From NCBI RefSeq assembly GCF_963921235.1, contig NC_086108.1, forward strand, positions 90,956,001 to 91,020,000: 64,000 nucleotides of DNA. Direction: 5' to 3'. The translations under genes and the position numbers were made by a program. Position 1 is the stretch's first letter, and each line of letters opens with the position of its first letter. Source of the DNA: Mobula hypostoma. Its lineage: Eukaryota. Shown here piece by piece: positions 50,311 through 62,200 of the stretch. Under the pieces are notes generated by a model that searched no databases, was not told the DNA's origin, and saw only the letters and a program-made list of their open reading frames with translations.

Positions 50311-51544
50311 TCTTATTCCATCTGTTCAGGACCCTGGTGAGACCTGATCTCCCTAGAAGAAGACAATTAGTTGCAGAGAGCTCTACATCTGATGAGTAGG
50401 AATTATTCAAAAGTGAAATAATCAGGGTTCTGGACTAACATGTACCTGAGAAGGTAAAACGTAAGGACAGCAAGTCCAGGGAATGTCAGATGTGAATGGA
50501 TATCAAGGATGAGGGACATAGAGTAGCATATGAAAGGTACAAAGGACTGAAACCTGCAAGGCCTTTCACAAGTATAGAAAATATGTATCTACATGAGTAT
50601 AGAAAGTCTGAGGGAGGGTACTTAGTCAAGAATTATCACTGATAGATAAGGTTATGGAATATCTCAAAGTATTTTATTGAGTATATTAGGGCAATAGTAT
50701 AATCAGGGAAGGATCCAAGGCTGTAATGAGGGATGATGAAAGTGAATGCGGGAGCTCTTGCTAGGTACTTTTAATCATCGCGGTCACAGATAAGGTGGGA
50801 GATGATTGGAGATTGTAGGGTTTTAAATGTTACCAAGTCAAAGAGTCCAAGCTTAGTACAAGAAAGTAATACTGAGGTAAAAGACCCTATGGAGTTGTGG
50901 AGAAATCACATGGGGCTGAATGGTCTTTTCTTGCTTCTACCTTCTGTGTGGTGGAGAAGTCTGAAAGCAATTGGCCGAGTAAGTCATCCCATCATGCTGG
51001 TTCTCTCACCATCAGATAGACCCAATTTAGCACCTATACCATTTCCGTATCAGTACAACGGTACCTTCCCTGTGCCAACGCAGTATTTGCTTGCAATATC
51101 TAGGGAAAACTACTCATGCCTTAAACATCAAAAGCCAACAAAAAACAAAGTGCCGTGATTTCCGGCAAATGTTTCCTCAACTTTCAGCTAATGAACTTTG
51201 TAGCCTCTGCTAGGTTATTTCCTATTTATGCCATGATTGAAGCAGGAACAGCCTTTTCCATCACTTCAATAAACATTATTTTGGAAACTAACTCATTCAT
51301 CTTTGTACGTGAAAGCAGATTGTTAAACAAAGTCATTAGATTTCAAAAGGGTATATTTATTATTGAAAGCTTCCTAAGCCATTTTAGGATCATTGCAAAT
51401 TCTGATATTATTCAAAATAATAATATTTCAACTAATTTTTAAATATGATCTACTTCCAATGTGCCTATTTTCTAAGAAATATGACAATCCAATTTGGTAC
51501 CAGGAAGTTATTTGTTTTATTTTCGTAATCTTGAACACTAAACA

Positions 51545-51915
51545 TTACTCCTTCTCTTCTCCTCAGTTGCCCATCACCTCCCTCTGGTTCCCTTCCTCCC
51601 ATGGCCCTCTCCTATCAGACTCCTTCTTCAGCCCTTTACCTGTTCCAACTAACACCTTCCAGCTTCTTAATTCATCCCCCATCCTCTCTCAACTGGTTTC
51701 ACCTATCATCTGCCAGCTTGTACTCCTTCCCCTCATCCCACCTTCTTATTCTGACTTCTCCTCCCTTCCTTTCCAGTCCTGATGGAGGGTCCTGGCCTGA
51801 AATATCGAATGATGATTCCTGTTCATAGATGCTCCCTGACTGCTAAGTTCCTCCAGCACTTTGTGTGTCCCCCCCCCAATATTTCCAGAATATGTAGGAT
51901 CTTTTGTGTTTGGGA
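51545..51915 (+). mobile_element. Old Penelope-like terminal region with degenerate hammerhead, ending about 40 nt before the exon 16 acceptor
   Basis: Pyrimidine-rich tract, then cagtcctgatggagggtcctggcctgaaatatcga..gatgct..ctgactgct.agttcctccagcactttgtgtgt. Confidence 0.65.
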
Positions 51916-51956
51916 TTTTACTTTTACAGCAGACTTGAACTCTTCTTTCTTCCTAG

Positions 51957-52121
<165 letters not shown>

Positions 52122-52529
52122 TGAATGTGGCCCGAAACCAAACACAGTATTACAAGTTTTGCTACTGGTCCTCTAGTGGTGTGATGAGACAGCACCTCTG
52201 ACTGCATCCATTACAGCTAACTGATGTATGAAGAAGGTTATTTTTAATTATTTATTGAGATGTAATGCAGAGTAGGCCTTTCCTGCCCTTAGAGCCACAC
52301 TGCCAGCAATCCCCCAATTTAATCCTAGCCTAATCACGACACTATGTATAATGCCCAATTAACCTGCTAACTGGTAGGTCTTTGGACTGTTGGAAGAAAC
52401 TGGAGCACCTGGAGGAAACTCGCATGGTCATGGGGAGAACTACCATCAATTCCTTACAGGAATTGAATCCAAGTTACTGGTGCTGTAAAGCATTGCTCTA
52501 ACCACTACACTACCACGCCACCCTGTATA

Positions 52530-53192
52530 AGAGTATAACAGGATCTCGATGAACTGGGGAAATGGGCCAAGGGATGGCAAATGGAATTTATAATGGATAA
52601 AAGCAAAGTGTTGCACTTTGGTCAGTTAAACCAGGACAGGACATACACAGTAACTGATAGGGTCCTGGAAAGTATTGTAGATCTGAGATACCAAACGGTA
52701 CATGTACATAGTTCCCTGTAAGCAGCAATGTAGATAGATTGTGTGGAGAAGGAGTTTGGCACTCTTATCTTCACTGTGCAAAAGTCTTGGGCCCACGTAA
52801 ATAAAATCCGTAAGGCAAAGATGCTTTCAACATAATGAAATGAAAAGTCCCTTAAAATCAAAAAAAAATTACTACAAAGAGATTGAGGGGAGATTTGATA
52901 GAGGTATACACAATTATGAGGGGTATAGTTAGGGTAAATATAAGCAGGCTTTTTCCACTGAGGTTGGGTGGGACTGCAACTAGCGGTCATGGTTTAAGGG
53001 TGAAAGGTAAAAGGTGAGAAGTTTAAGGGGAACATGAGTATAAAGCTTCTTCATTGAGAGGTTTCTGAGAGTGCGGAACAAGATACCAATGCAAGTGGTG
53101 CATGTCAAACTTGATTTCAATGTTTAAGAGAAGTTTGGATAGGTACATGGATGACTGTATTCCTGGTGAAGTTTGATGGGACTAGGCAGTTT
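52530..53192 (+). mobile_element. Old CR1 RT/3' fragment containing a Tc1-like terminus at about 52771-52875
   Basis: WAKGWQMEF, RGDLIEVYTIMRG and 3' UTR remnants. Confidence 0.7.
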
Positions 53193-53306
53193 AAATGCAA
53201 ACACGAGGAATTCTGCAGATGCTGGAAATTCAAGCAACACACATCAAAGTTGCTGGTGAACGCAGCAGGCCAGGCAGCATCTCTAGGAAAAGCTGCAGTC
53301 GACGTT
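53193..53306 (-). mobile_element. Penelope tail fragment truncated within the hammerhead core
   Basis: Reverse complement reads aacgtcgactgcagc..ctagagatgctgcctggcctgctgcgttcaccagcaactttgatgtgtgttgcttgaatttcc. Confidence 0.85.
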
Positions 53307-54477
53307 CCATGCTACTCGGCACTACTACACTATGTTGGAGGAGAGGAGTCCTCAACTATTCTCTAAATTGTTCTAATACGCAATTTGAGTTGGCCACTCA
53401 GCTGGGACGAAGAGGATCATCACAACCTCCTGTAAACCAGGAACGCCACTTCACCTGATCTTTAGCTCATGTCTATATCCATAGTGCACAATGGCACCAA
53501 TGCATGCCATTGGCTACTGAATGTGCTCCATATAGTTCCTAAGTGAGCTCAGGCCTAAATAAACTCATCAATCAAGGAGTGATTTTCTGTTTTTCTAATG
53601 CAAGGGAAAACTTTTGTGAACAGTTTTACCACCAAATTTCTATCTCCTTAGTTATTATTCTGTGGTCTGAACACCACTGAGGACTCAGTAAAATATAGAT
53701 GTACAGGTATATGTCATGTTAAACAACATTCCATTTATCAGAATTCAGAAAAAATAGCATGTGTGAAGATTGGTGAAGGTATAATATTTAATTTTGTAAA
53801 TGATGCCAATTTTCCAACTGGAAACCACCCTTGTCACCAGTTTTGAATTTGCGGACAAGTACTTAGTATAATTGTAGTGTTTATAATAATTATGCCCATT
53901 TATTTCAGTTTTCAACCTTACCTGGATGCATTTAGTTGAATAGCAAATGTACCAGTAATCTGAAAGTAGAAACTGGTTATTTCCACTCCTCTGTTCATCA
54001 TCCCATCCCATCATTTTTTTTCCCAATGGTTCGACTCTATATTCATCAATTTTATGAACATCTTTGCTGAGTTCTCTTGAGTTATAATGTTGAATCGTGA
54101 CATTTGGACTCTTTTTTTTTTCTGAATCCTTAAATGTCTCCTGTAAATCTGACAAACAGCTACCTTTAATGCTCCATGTATAGTTTTTCATATGTTAAGA
54201 GCGTTCACTGTTGCTGGCTCCAAGGGGTACTCTGGTTGACTTGGCATTGTGCTTACCAGTGTGCGCCACTGACTCTCCAATGCTTTGGTCAACACAGTGT
54301 TTGTTCTGAGTCCAGGCCTCATTAGCTAAGGATCGATGGTCTTCAGGCAGAACTCTCATAGAGCTCACTGAATCTAAGTCATTACAGCTGGTTCAGCTGC
54401 CCAGTGATGGCGCAAATCGGAATTTCTGTGCTCCGATTCAGTAAAAAACTAACCTAACTGAACAAAACTGAGGATAG

Positions 54478-55895
54478 CAACACACATCAAAGTTGCTGGT
54501 GAACACAGCAGGCCAGGCAGCATCTCTAGGAAGAGGTACAGTTTCGGGCCGAGAACCTTCGTCAGGACTAACTGAAGGAAGAGCTAGTAAGAGATTTGAA
54601 AGTGGGAGGGGGAGGGGGAGATCCAAAATGATAGGAGAAGACAGGAGGGGGAGGGATGGAGCCAAGAGCTGGACAGGTGATAGGCAAAGGGGATATGAGA
54701 GGATCATGGGACAGGAGGTCTGGGGAGAAAGACAGTGGGGGGAACCCAGAGGATGGGCAAGGGGTATAGTCAGAGGGACAGAGGGAGAAAAAGGAGAGTG
54801 AGAGAAAGAATGTGTGTATAAAAATAAAAAAAACGGATGGGGTACGAGGGGGAGCTGGGGCATTAGCGGAAGTTAGAGAAGTCAATGTTCATGCCATCAG
54901 GTTGGAGGCTACCCAGACGGAATATAGGGTGCTGTTCCTCCAACCTGAGTGTGGTTCCATCTTTACAGTAGAGGAGGCCGTGGATAGACATGTCAGAATG
55001 GGAATGGGATGTGGAATTAAAATGTGTGGCCACTGGGAGATCCTGCTTTCTCTGGCGGACAGGGCGTAGGCTTTCAGCAAAGCGGTCTCCCAGTCTGCAT
55101 CGGGTCTCGCCAATATATAGAAGGCCGCATCGGGAGCACCGGACGCAGTATATCACCCCAGCCGACTCACAGGTGAAGTGTTGCCTCACCTGGAAGGACT
55201 GTTTGGGGCCCTGAATGGTGGCAAGGGAGGAAGTGTAAGGGCATGTGTAGCACTTGTTCCGCTTACAAGGATAAGTGCCAGGAGGGAGATCAGTGGGGAG
55301 GGATGGGGGGGACGAATGGACAAGGGAGTCGCGTAGGGAGCGATCCCTGCGGAAAGCAGAGGGGGAGGAGGGAACGATGTGCTTAGTGGTTGGATCTCAT
55401 TGGAGGTGGCAGAAGTTACGGAGAATAATATGTTGGACCCGGAGGCTGGTGGGGTGGTAGGTGAGGACCAGGGGAACCCTATTCCTAGTGGGGTGGCGGG
55501 AGGATGGAGTGAGAGCAGATGTGCGTGAAATGGGGAAGATGCGTTTGAGAGCAGAGTTGATGGTGGAGGAAGGGAAGCCCCTTTCTTTGAAAAAGGAGGA
55601 CATCTTCCTCATCCTGGAATGAAAAGCCTCATCCTGAGAGCAGATGCGGCGGAGATGGAGGAATTGCGAGAAGGGGATGGCATTTTTGCAAGAGACAGGG
55701 TGAGAAGAGGAATAGTCCAGATAGCTGTGAGAGTCAGTAGGTTTATAGTAGACATCAGTGGATAAGCTGTCACCAGAGATCGAGACAGAAAGATCTAGAA
55801 AGGGGAGGGAGGTGTCGGAAATGGACCAGGTAAACTTGAGGGCAGGGTGAAAGTTGGAGGCAAAGTCAATAAAGGCAACGAGTTCTGCATACGTG
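54478..55895 (-). mobile_element. Young Penelope-like element (Neptune-like), 5'-truncated
   Basis: ORF 54863-55189 is a GIY-YIG domain (GVIYCVRCSRCGLLYIGETRCRLGDRF..LQPDGMN); TSD CTGAGGATAG at 54468-54477 and CTGAAGATAG at 55896-55905. Confidence 0.92.
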
Positions 55896-57115
55896 CTGAA
55901 GATAGTTCATTTGAGTCACTTTGGCACAATTCGCAACATCACTGAGTACCAAGGTCTAAACATCACCAGAAATATAATCAAGAGCGGTTGAATTGTACAT
56001 TGTGGCGATCCCGAGGGCCTGTGCAAAGGTGATTATGGTAGGACATTTCAGGAAGGGAATCTTCTAAGAGTACTTCTCTTTCATCATCGTTTCCCTACAA
56101 GTTATTGACTATCAGTGGTGTTATGTTGAATGATCACTTTGAGATGTGCTTGACAGCTCAGCCAGATTGCATACCACCTTCCTCTCTACAATTGGAAATG
56201 GTTGGAGTCAAGGACATTGGCCACTTACCATCCGGTTACTCGTAATTATTATATTCACTGGTGAAAGTACCGAATGATTGTAAAATGCTGACACATGTAA
56301 CTGAAGTGCAAACCTATTACTATTCATCAGCATCTGCCTCAGTGCACCAGTGTGACTAGTATCTATATCTAATAACCATTTCAAAATTCATTGAGGGGAA
56401 CTTTCATGCAAGAGCAAAGTATGGACAGATGCCTCCAAAACTGGACAGATATTCACTTCCTATACCATCATTACAACTGGTGCATCAAGTGGACGTTTAA
56501 TCCCTCTGTTCCCGGCTGGACTCCTACCCAAGTCACGATAACAAATTGCACTTATATACTTAGAAAAGGTGTGGAAGATAAAGAGGTAAAAGTAATTCAG
56601 GAATTTAGAGGCCAGGCCACTGAAGGCATGGCTGCCATTGGTGGAGATATTCAAAGCAGTTAAGCACAAGATATCAGAGATTTTAGAATCAATACTAAAT
56701 TTCAGAAAATTATTGAAATATGTTACAGTTGGTGGATAAGTCAAGAGTAGTGGTTTTCACATTAATGTGAGTATCACAGTAACTTAATGTTTTTAGATAG
56801 TGTTCCACAGGTTTAATAGGTACATTTAATGTCACAGAAATATATACAATATACTTCTGGAAATTCTTTTTCTTCACAAACATCCATGTGTTCTCATGTA
56901 ACTGAGAAAAAAGACTTCGGGGCTAGCTCTATGGGTTTCCAAAGGGAGCAGTTAGAATAGGATTTACCGAGACATTAAGCTTCTTTGTATAATGTACTGT
57001 AAGACACAAGGTGGTAGAAATTATGTAAGGGGCGAAGGATAGTGAAGAGCCCAAAGATTAGAATAAATTCAAAATCCTGCGGAGAAAAACAAATAAATCA
57101 AGAAGGAGAAGATGG

Positions 57116-59060
57116 AGTCACAGAGTCGTAGACTACTGCAGCATGGAAACAGGCCCTTCAGCCCACTAGTCCATGCTGAACCACTGACCTGCCTAGTCCC
57201 ATTGACCTGCAACCGCACCATAGCTGTCCTCATCTACACTTGCCAGATCCTTTCTGATACCATAAAAATTGGCCTTTCTCCAATTTAGAACCTCCAGGGA
57301 GGTTCAGTTTAAGGATCAGATGTATCCTTTTCCATAATGACCTTGAAACTATTGGCATTATGATCACTAGATGCATAGTGTTCCCTTAGACAAACTTCTG
57401 TCACCTGCCCTGTCTCATTCCCTAATAGCAGATCTAGCACCGTACTCTCTTGAGTTGGCCTTCAGACTTGTATGTTCTGACTTAGGAAATTTTCCTGAAC
57501 ACTTTTGACAAACTCTTTCTCATCCAGCCCTTTCAAAGCATGGAAGTCACAGTCAGTATGTGGAAAGTTGAATTCACCTACTATAACAACCTTATGTTTC
57601 TTGCAACAGTCTGTTATCTCTCTACGTTTTGCCCCTCTGAATCCCGCGGACTGTAGGGTGGCCTATAATATAATGCCGTTAACGCGTTCCTACCTTTTTA
57701 TTTCTCAGTATACGAGCTCTCCAGTCTGTCCTGTCTGAGCGCTGCCACAAGTCTCTGATTAGTAATGCCACCTCTCCCTCTTTAGCCCTCCCGCTCTATC
57801 ACATATAAAACAATGGGACCCCAGAACATTAAGCTGTTAATCCTGCCCTTCTTGCAATTAAGTCTCAGTAATGGCCACAATGTCATAATTCCACGTGTTG
57901 ATCTATGTCCTTAGCTCATCCACCTTTCCTACAATATTCCTTGGATTGAAATATATCGTGTTCAGAACATTAGTCCCACCAAGCTCGACCTTCTGATTCT
58001 TGACTGTCTATGTAGACTTAACAACATTTCTCTCCACAGCTACTCCATTACCTATTCTCGTGCTTTAATTCCCATCCCATTGCAACTCTGGTATGAATAC
58101 CCCCTATGCTACACTAGCAAACATTCCTGCTAGGATATTAGTTCCCCACCAGTTCAGATGCAAACCATCCCTTCTGTAGAAGTCCTACCTTTCCTTAGAA
58201 GAGTACCCAATGATTCAAATACCTGAAGCCCCCCCCCCACATCTGCCCCATCTCCTTAGCCACATGTTAAACTGGACGATCTTCTTATTTCAGGCTAACT
58301 AGCGCGTTGCACGGATAACAGTCCTGAGGCCAAAACCCTGGAGGCCCTGTCCTTTAACTTAGCACCTAACTCTCTGCAATCAGTTTGCAGGATCTCGACA
58401 CTCCTCCTGCATGTGGTACCGATGTGGACCACAACCTCTTTCTGCTCAGCCTCCCAATTAAGATTACCGTGGACTCAATCCATGATGTTCTGACCCTGGC
58501 AGCTGGGAAGCAACAAACATTAAGGGAATCTCATTCTCATCCACAGAATCTCCTTTCAGTTCCCCTATCACCACAATTATCCTTGTTTCTGCCCCCCCCC
58601 CAGTCCTTTCTGAGCCTATGTGACACTCTCAGTGCCAGACACCTGGCTTTCCTCTGCTAGATCAACCCTCCCCACCCCCACCCCCAACATTATCCAAAAT
58701 GGTATACCTGTTTTTAAGTGAAACGACCACAGGGGTATTCTACAAGGGCTGTCTATTCCTTTTCCCCTCATGACAGTCACCCAGTGGCCTGTGTCTCGCA
58801 CCTTGGGTGTAACTACCTCCCTGTATGTTCTGTCTGTCAACCCCTCAGCCTCCTGAAAGTTCCAGAGTTTATCTAGATCCAGCTCCAATTCCTTAACAAG
58901 GTCTGAAAGAAGCTGCAGCTGGATGCACTTCCTATTGGTGTAGTAATCAGGGACACTGGAGGTTCCCCTGCCTTCCCACAACCCATAAGAGGAGCATTCC
59001 ACTCTCCTGTCTGGTATCCCCACTGCCCTAAATGTGCAATAAGAATGAAAGAGAGAATAA
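57116..59060 (-). mobile_element. CR1 element retaining ORF1, endonuclease remnant and 3' tail but lacking RT
   Basis: ORF 58616-59092 (VECSS.GLWE..RKCIQLQLL..VKELELDLD) resembles the CR1 ORF1 zinc-finger/coiled-coil; endonuclease remnant at about 57240-57720; 3' UTR at 57116-57230. Confidence 0.72.
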
Positions 59061-59227
59061 GTAATGAAAAAATCTTGTGTGAAAATCAGCAAAAAATATA
59101 AAAACTGATAGAAAGATCTTTAAGAATATGAACAGGAAGAGAAGGGTCAAAGTGAACATAAGTCCCTTAATCAAGTAGGTTGAGAAAATACTTATTGGAG
59201 ATGAGACACAGCAGTTTATGAGTCAAA

Positions 59228-61140
59228 ATACCAGTATAGGCTTGGAACATGGACTGTTCCACAAAGCTAACAAAAAGGCAGGCATAACTGGGACCCATAC
59301 GGATGCCCATGGCTACACCTTTAGTTTGGAGGAAGTGGGAGGAGACGAAGGAGAAATAATTACAGCCTTATTTTCACCATGGATGTCCAGTTCCTATATA
59401 CCTCCATCCCCCAGCAAGAAGGTCTCAAAGCTCTCCGCTTTTTGGATTCCAGACCTAACCAGTTCCCCTCTACCACCACTCTCCTCTATCTAGCGGAATG
59501 AGTCCTTACTCTTAGTAATTTCTCCTTTAGCTACTCCCACTTCCTTCAAACTAAAGGTGTAGTCATGGGCACCCGTATGGGTCCCAGCTATACTGTATCT
59601 GCCTTTTTGTTAGCTTTGTGGAACAGTCCATGTTCCAAGCCTATACTGGTATCCGTCCCCCGCTTTTCCTTTGCTACATCGACGACTGCATTGGCGCTGC
59701 TTCCTGCACGCATGCTGAGCTTGTTGACTTCATTAACTTTGCCTCCAACTTTCACCCTGTCCTCAAATTTACCTGGTCCATTTCCGACACCTCCCTCCCC
59801 TTTCTTGATATTTCTGGCTCTATCTCTGGAGACAGCTTACCTACTGATGTCTACTTTAAGCCTACGGACTCTCACAGTTACCTGGACAATTCCTCTTCCC
59901 ACCCTGTCTCCCCTTCTTGCAATTCGTCCATCTCTGCCGCATCTGCTCTCAGGATGAGGCCTTTCATTCCAGGACAAAGGAGATATCTTCTTTTTTTAAA
60001 GAAAGGGGCTTCCCTTCCTCCACCATCAACTCTGCCCTCAAATGCTTCTCTCCCATTTCACGCACATCTGCTCACACCCCATCCTCCTGCCACTCCACTA
60101 GGGCTAGGGTTCCCCTTGTCCTCACCTCCCACCCCACCAGCCTCTAGGTCCAACATATAATTCTCTGTAACTGCCGCCACCTCCAATGAGATCCCACCAT
60201 CAAGCACATCTTTCCCTCCCCCCCTTTCTGCTTTCCGTAGGGATTGCTCCCTAGGCGACCCCCTTGTCCATTCGTCCCCCCCATCCCTTCCCACCGATCT
60301 CCCTCCCAGCACTTATCCTTGTAAGTGGAACAAGTGCTACACATGCCCTTACACTTCCTCCCTCACCACCATTCAGGGCCCCATACAGTCCTTCCAGGTA
60401 CTTCACCTGTGAGTCGGCTGGGGTGATATACTACATCCGGTGCTCCCAGTGCGGCCTTCTATATATATTGGTAAGACCTGAAGCAGACTGGGAGACCATT
60501 TCGCTGAACACCTATGCTCTGTCTGCCAGAGAAAGCAGGATCTCCCAGTGGCCACACATTTTAAATCCACGTCCCATTCCCATTCTGATATGTCTATCCA
60601 CGGCCTATCCTCTACTGTAAAGATGAAGCCACACTCACGTTGGAGGAACAACACCTTATATTCCGTCTGGGTAGTCTCCAACCTGATGGCATGAACATTG
60701 ACTTCTCTAACTTCCGTTAATGCCCCTCCTCCTATTCTTACCCCATCCCTTATTTATTTATTATTTTTTATTTTTTCCTTTTTTATTCTCTCTCTCCTTT
60801 TTCTCTCTCTGTCCCTCTCACAATAACTGCTTGCCTGCTCTCCATCTTCCTCTGATGCTCTCCTCCCCCTTTCTTTCTCCCTAGGCCTCCCGTCCCATGA
60901 TCCTCTCCCTTCTCCAGCCTTGTATCCCTTTTGCCAATCAACTTTCCAGCTTTTAGCTCTGTCCCTCCCCCTCCTGTCTTTTCCTATTGTTTCAGATCTC
61001 CCCCTCCCCCTCCCACTTTCAAATCTCTTACTATCTCTTCTTTCAGTTAGTCTTGACGAAGGGTCTCAGCCCGAAATGTCGACTGTGCTTCTTCCTATGG
61101 ATGCTGTCTGGCCTGCTGCGTTCCACCAACATTTTGTGTG
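59228..61140 (+). mobile_element. Penelope-like element with 5' inverted duplication
   Basis: GVVMGTRMGPSY and YIDDCIG RT motifs, GIY-YIG remnant, terminal region with degenerate hammerhead at 61049-61084; 59228-59357 is the reverse complement of 59518-59652. Confidence 0.9.
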
Positions 61141-61379
61141 TCCAACAGTTTATGAAGTATTTTGCATCAGGGTTTATGGCATAAAGCACTCTGAACATCT
61201 CATAATGCACACATGGAGCAATTCAATATCATCCGAGCATTAGTATTGAACAACTAATGGAACTAAGCGCTGAGAGATCTCCTGGTACCAATGATTTGTT
61301 TACTGCAATCTAGGCAGAGGAAGAAGAAGAATCTAGGCTCGGACTTTTGTCACAATGATATAGTAGGAAACCTGAAAGG

Positions 61380-62200
61380 AAACATTCAACTGTGGTGTCA
61401 TAGGAAGGATGACAGAAGGGGTAGCTTTAAAAGAACGAACGATAAAGCAGACTATTATTTAAACAGGGAAAGATTCGAAAAGTAATGCAGTTCAAATGGA
61501 TGTGAAGGTCCTCATATATTAACACAGAGTTAGCACAATGCTACAGCTACAGCTGGTAATCAGGATGCCCAATGCAATGTTGGGTTTTATATCACAGGAG
61601 TTGGACTAATAAAATCAAGAAGTCCTTCTATATCTGCACAAGGCACTATTGAAACCACATCCAGAGTACCAAGCATAGTTGTGGTCCCATTATGTAAGAA
61701 AATATATATTATCATTGGAGGCTGTTTCGAGAAGTTTATTAGAACAATCAGGCTGTATTGAAGAACTGTTTTATGAGGAAAGATTGGAGGCTGAGTATGG
61801 ACTTGAGACTTGAGCTTAAAAGACCTAAGAGAAGATCTTATTGAAACAAGAAAGTTTCTAAGGATGTGGGTGGTGTTAATAGAGTAAATTCTGGGAAAAT
61901 ATTTTGCCTCATGAGATAGGCCAGATCCAGGGGACATTGTTTTGGAATAAGAAGTTCAATTAAGGATTAGAGTTTGAGAAATGTTATTCTCTTAATGGGT
62001 TGCAAGTTTTTGGAATTCCTGGAGACAGAAGGCAGTGTAAGCTCATAGTTAAACCTGAGATAAATATGATTTTAATCAAATAAGGAATCAAAGGGTATTA
62101 GGGAGAGGATGCGAAAGTGGACATGGTGAAAGTTGGATTGGCCGTGATTTTGAGTGGTAGAGCAGGCTTGAGGGGCTGAAGGACCTGCTTCTATTTCTAT
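61380..62200 (+). mobile_element. Ancient CR1 remnant
   Basis: Decayed ALLKPHPEY..LWSH, REDLIET and 3' UTR gaggggctgaaggacctgcttct. Confidence 0.6.
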
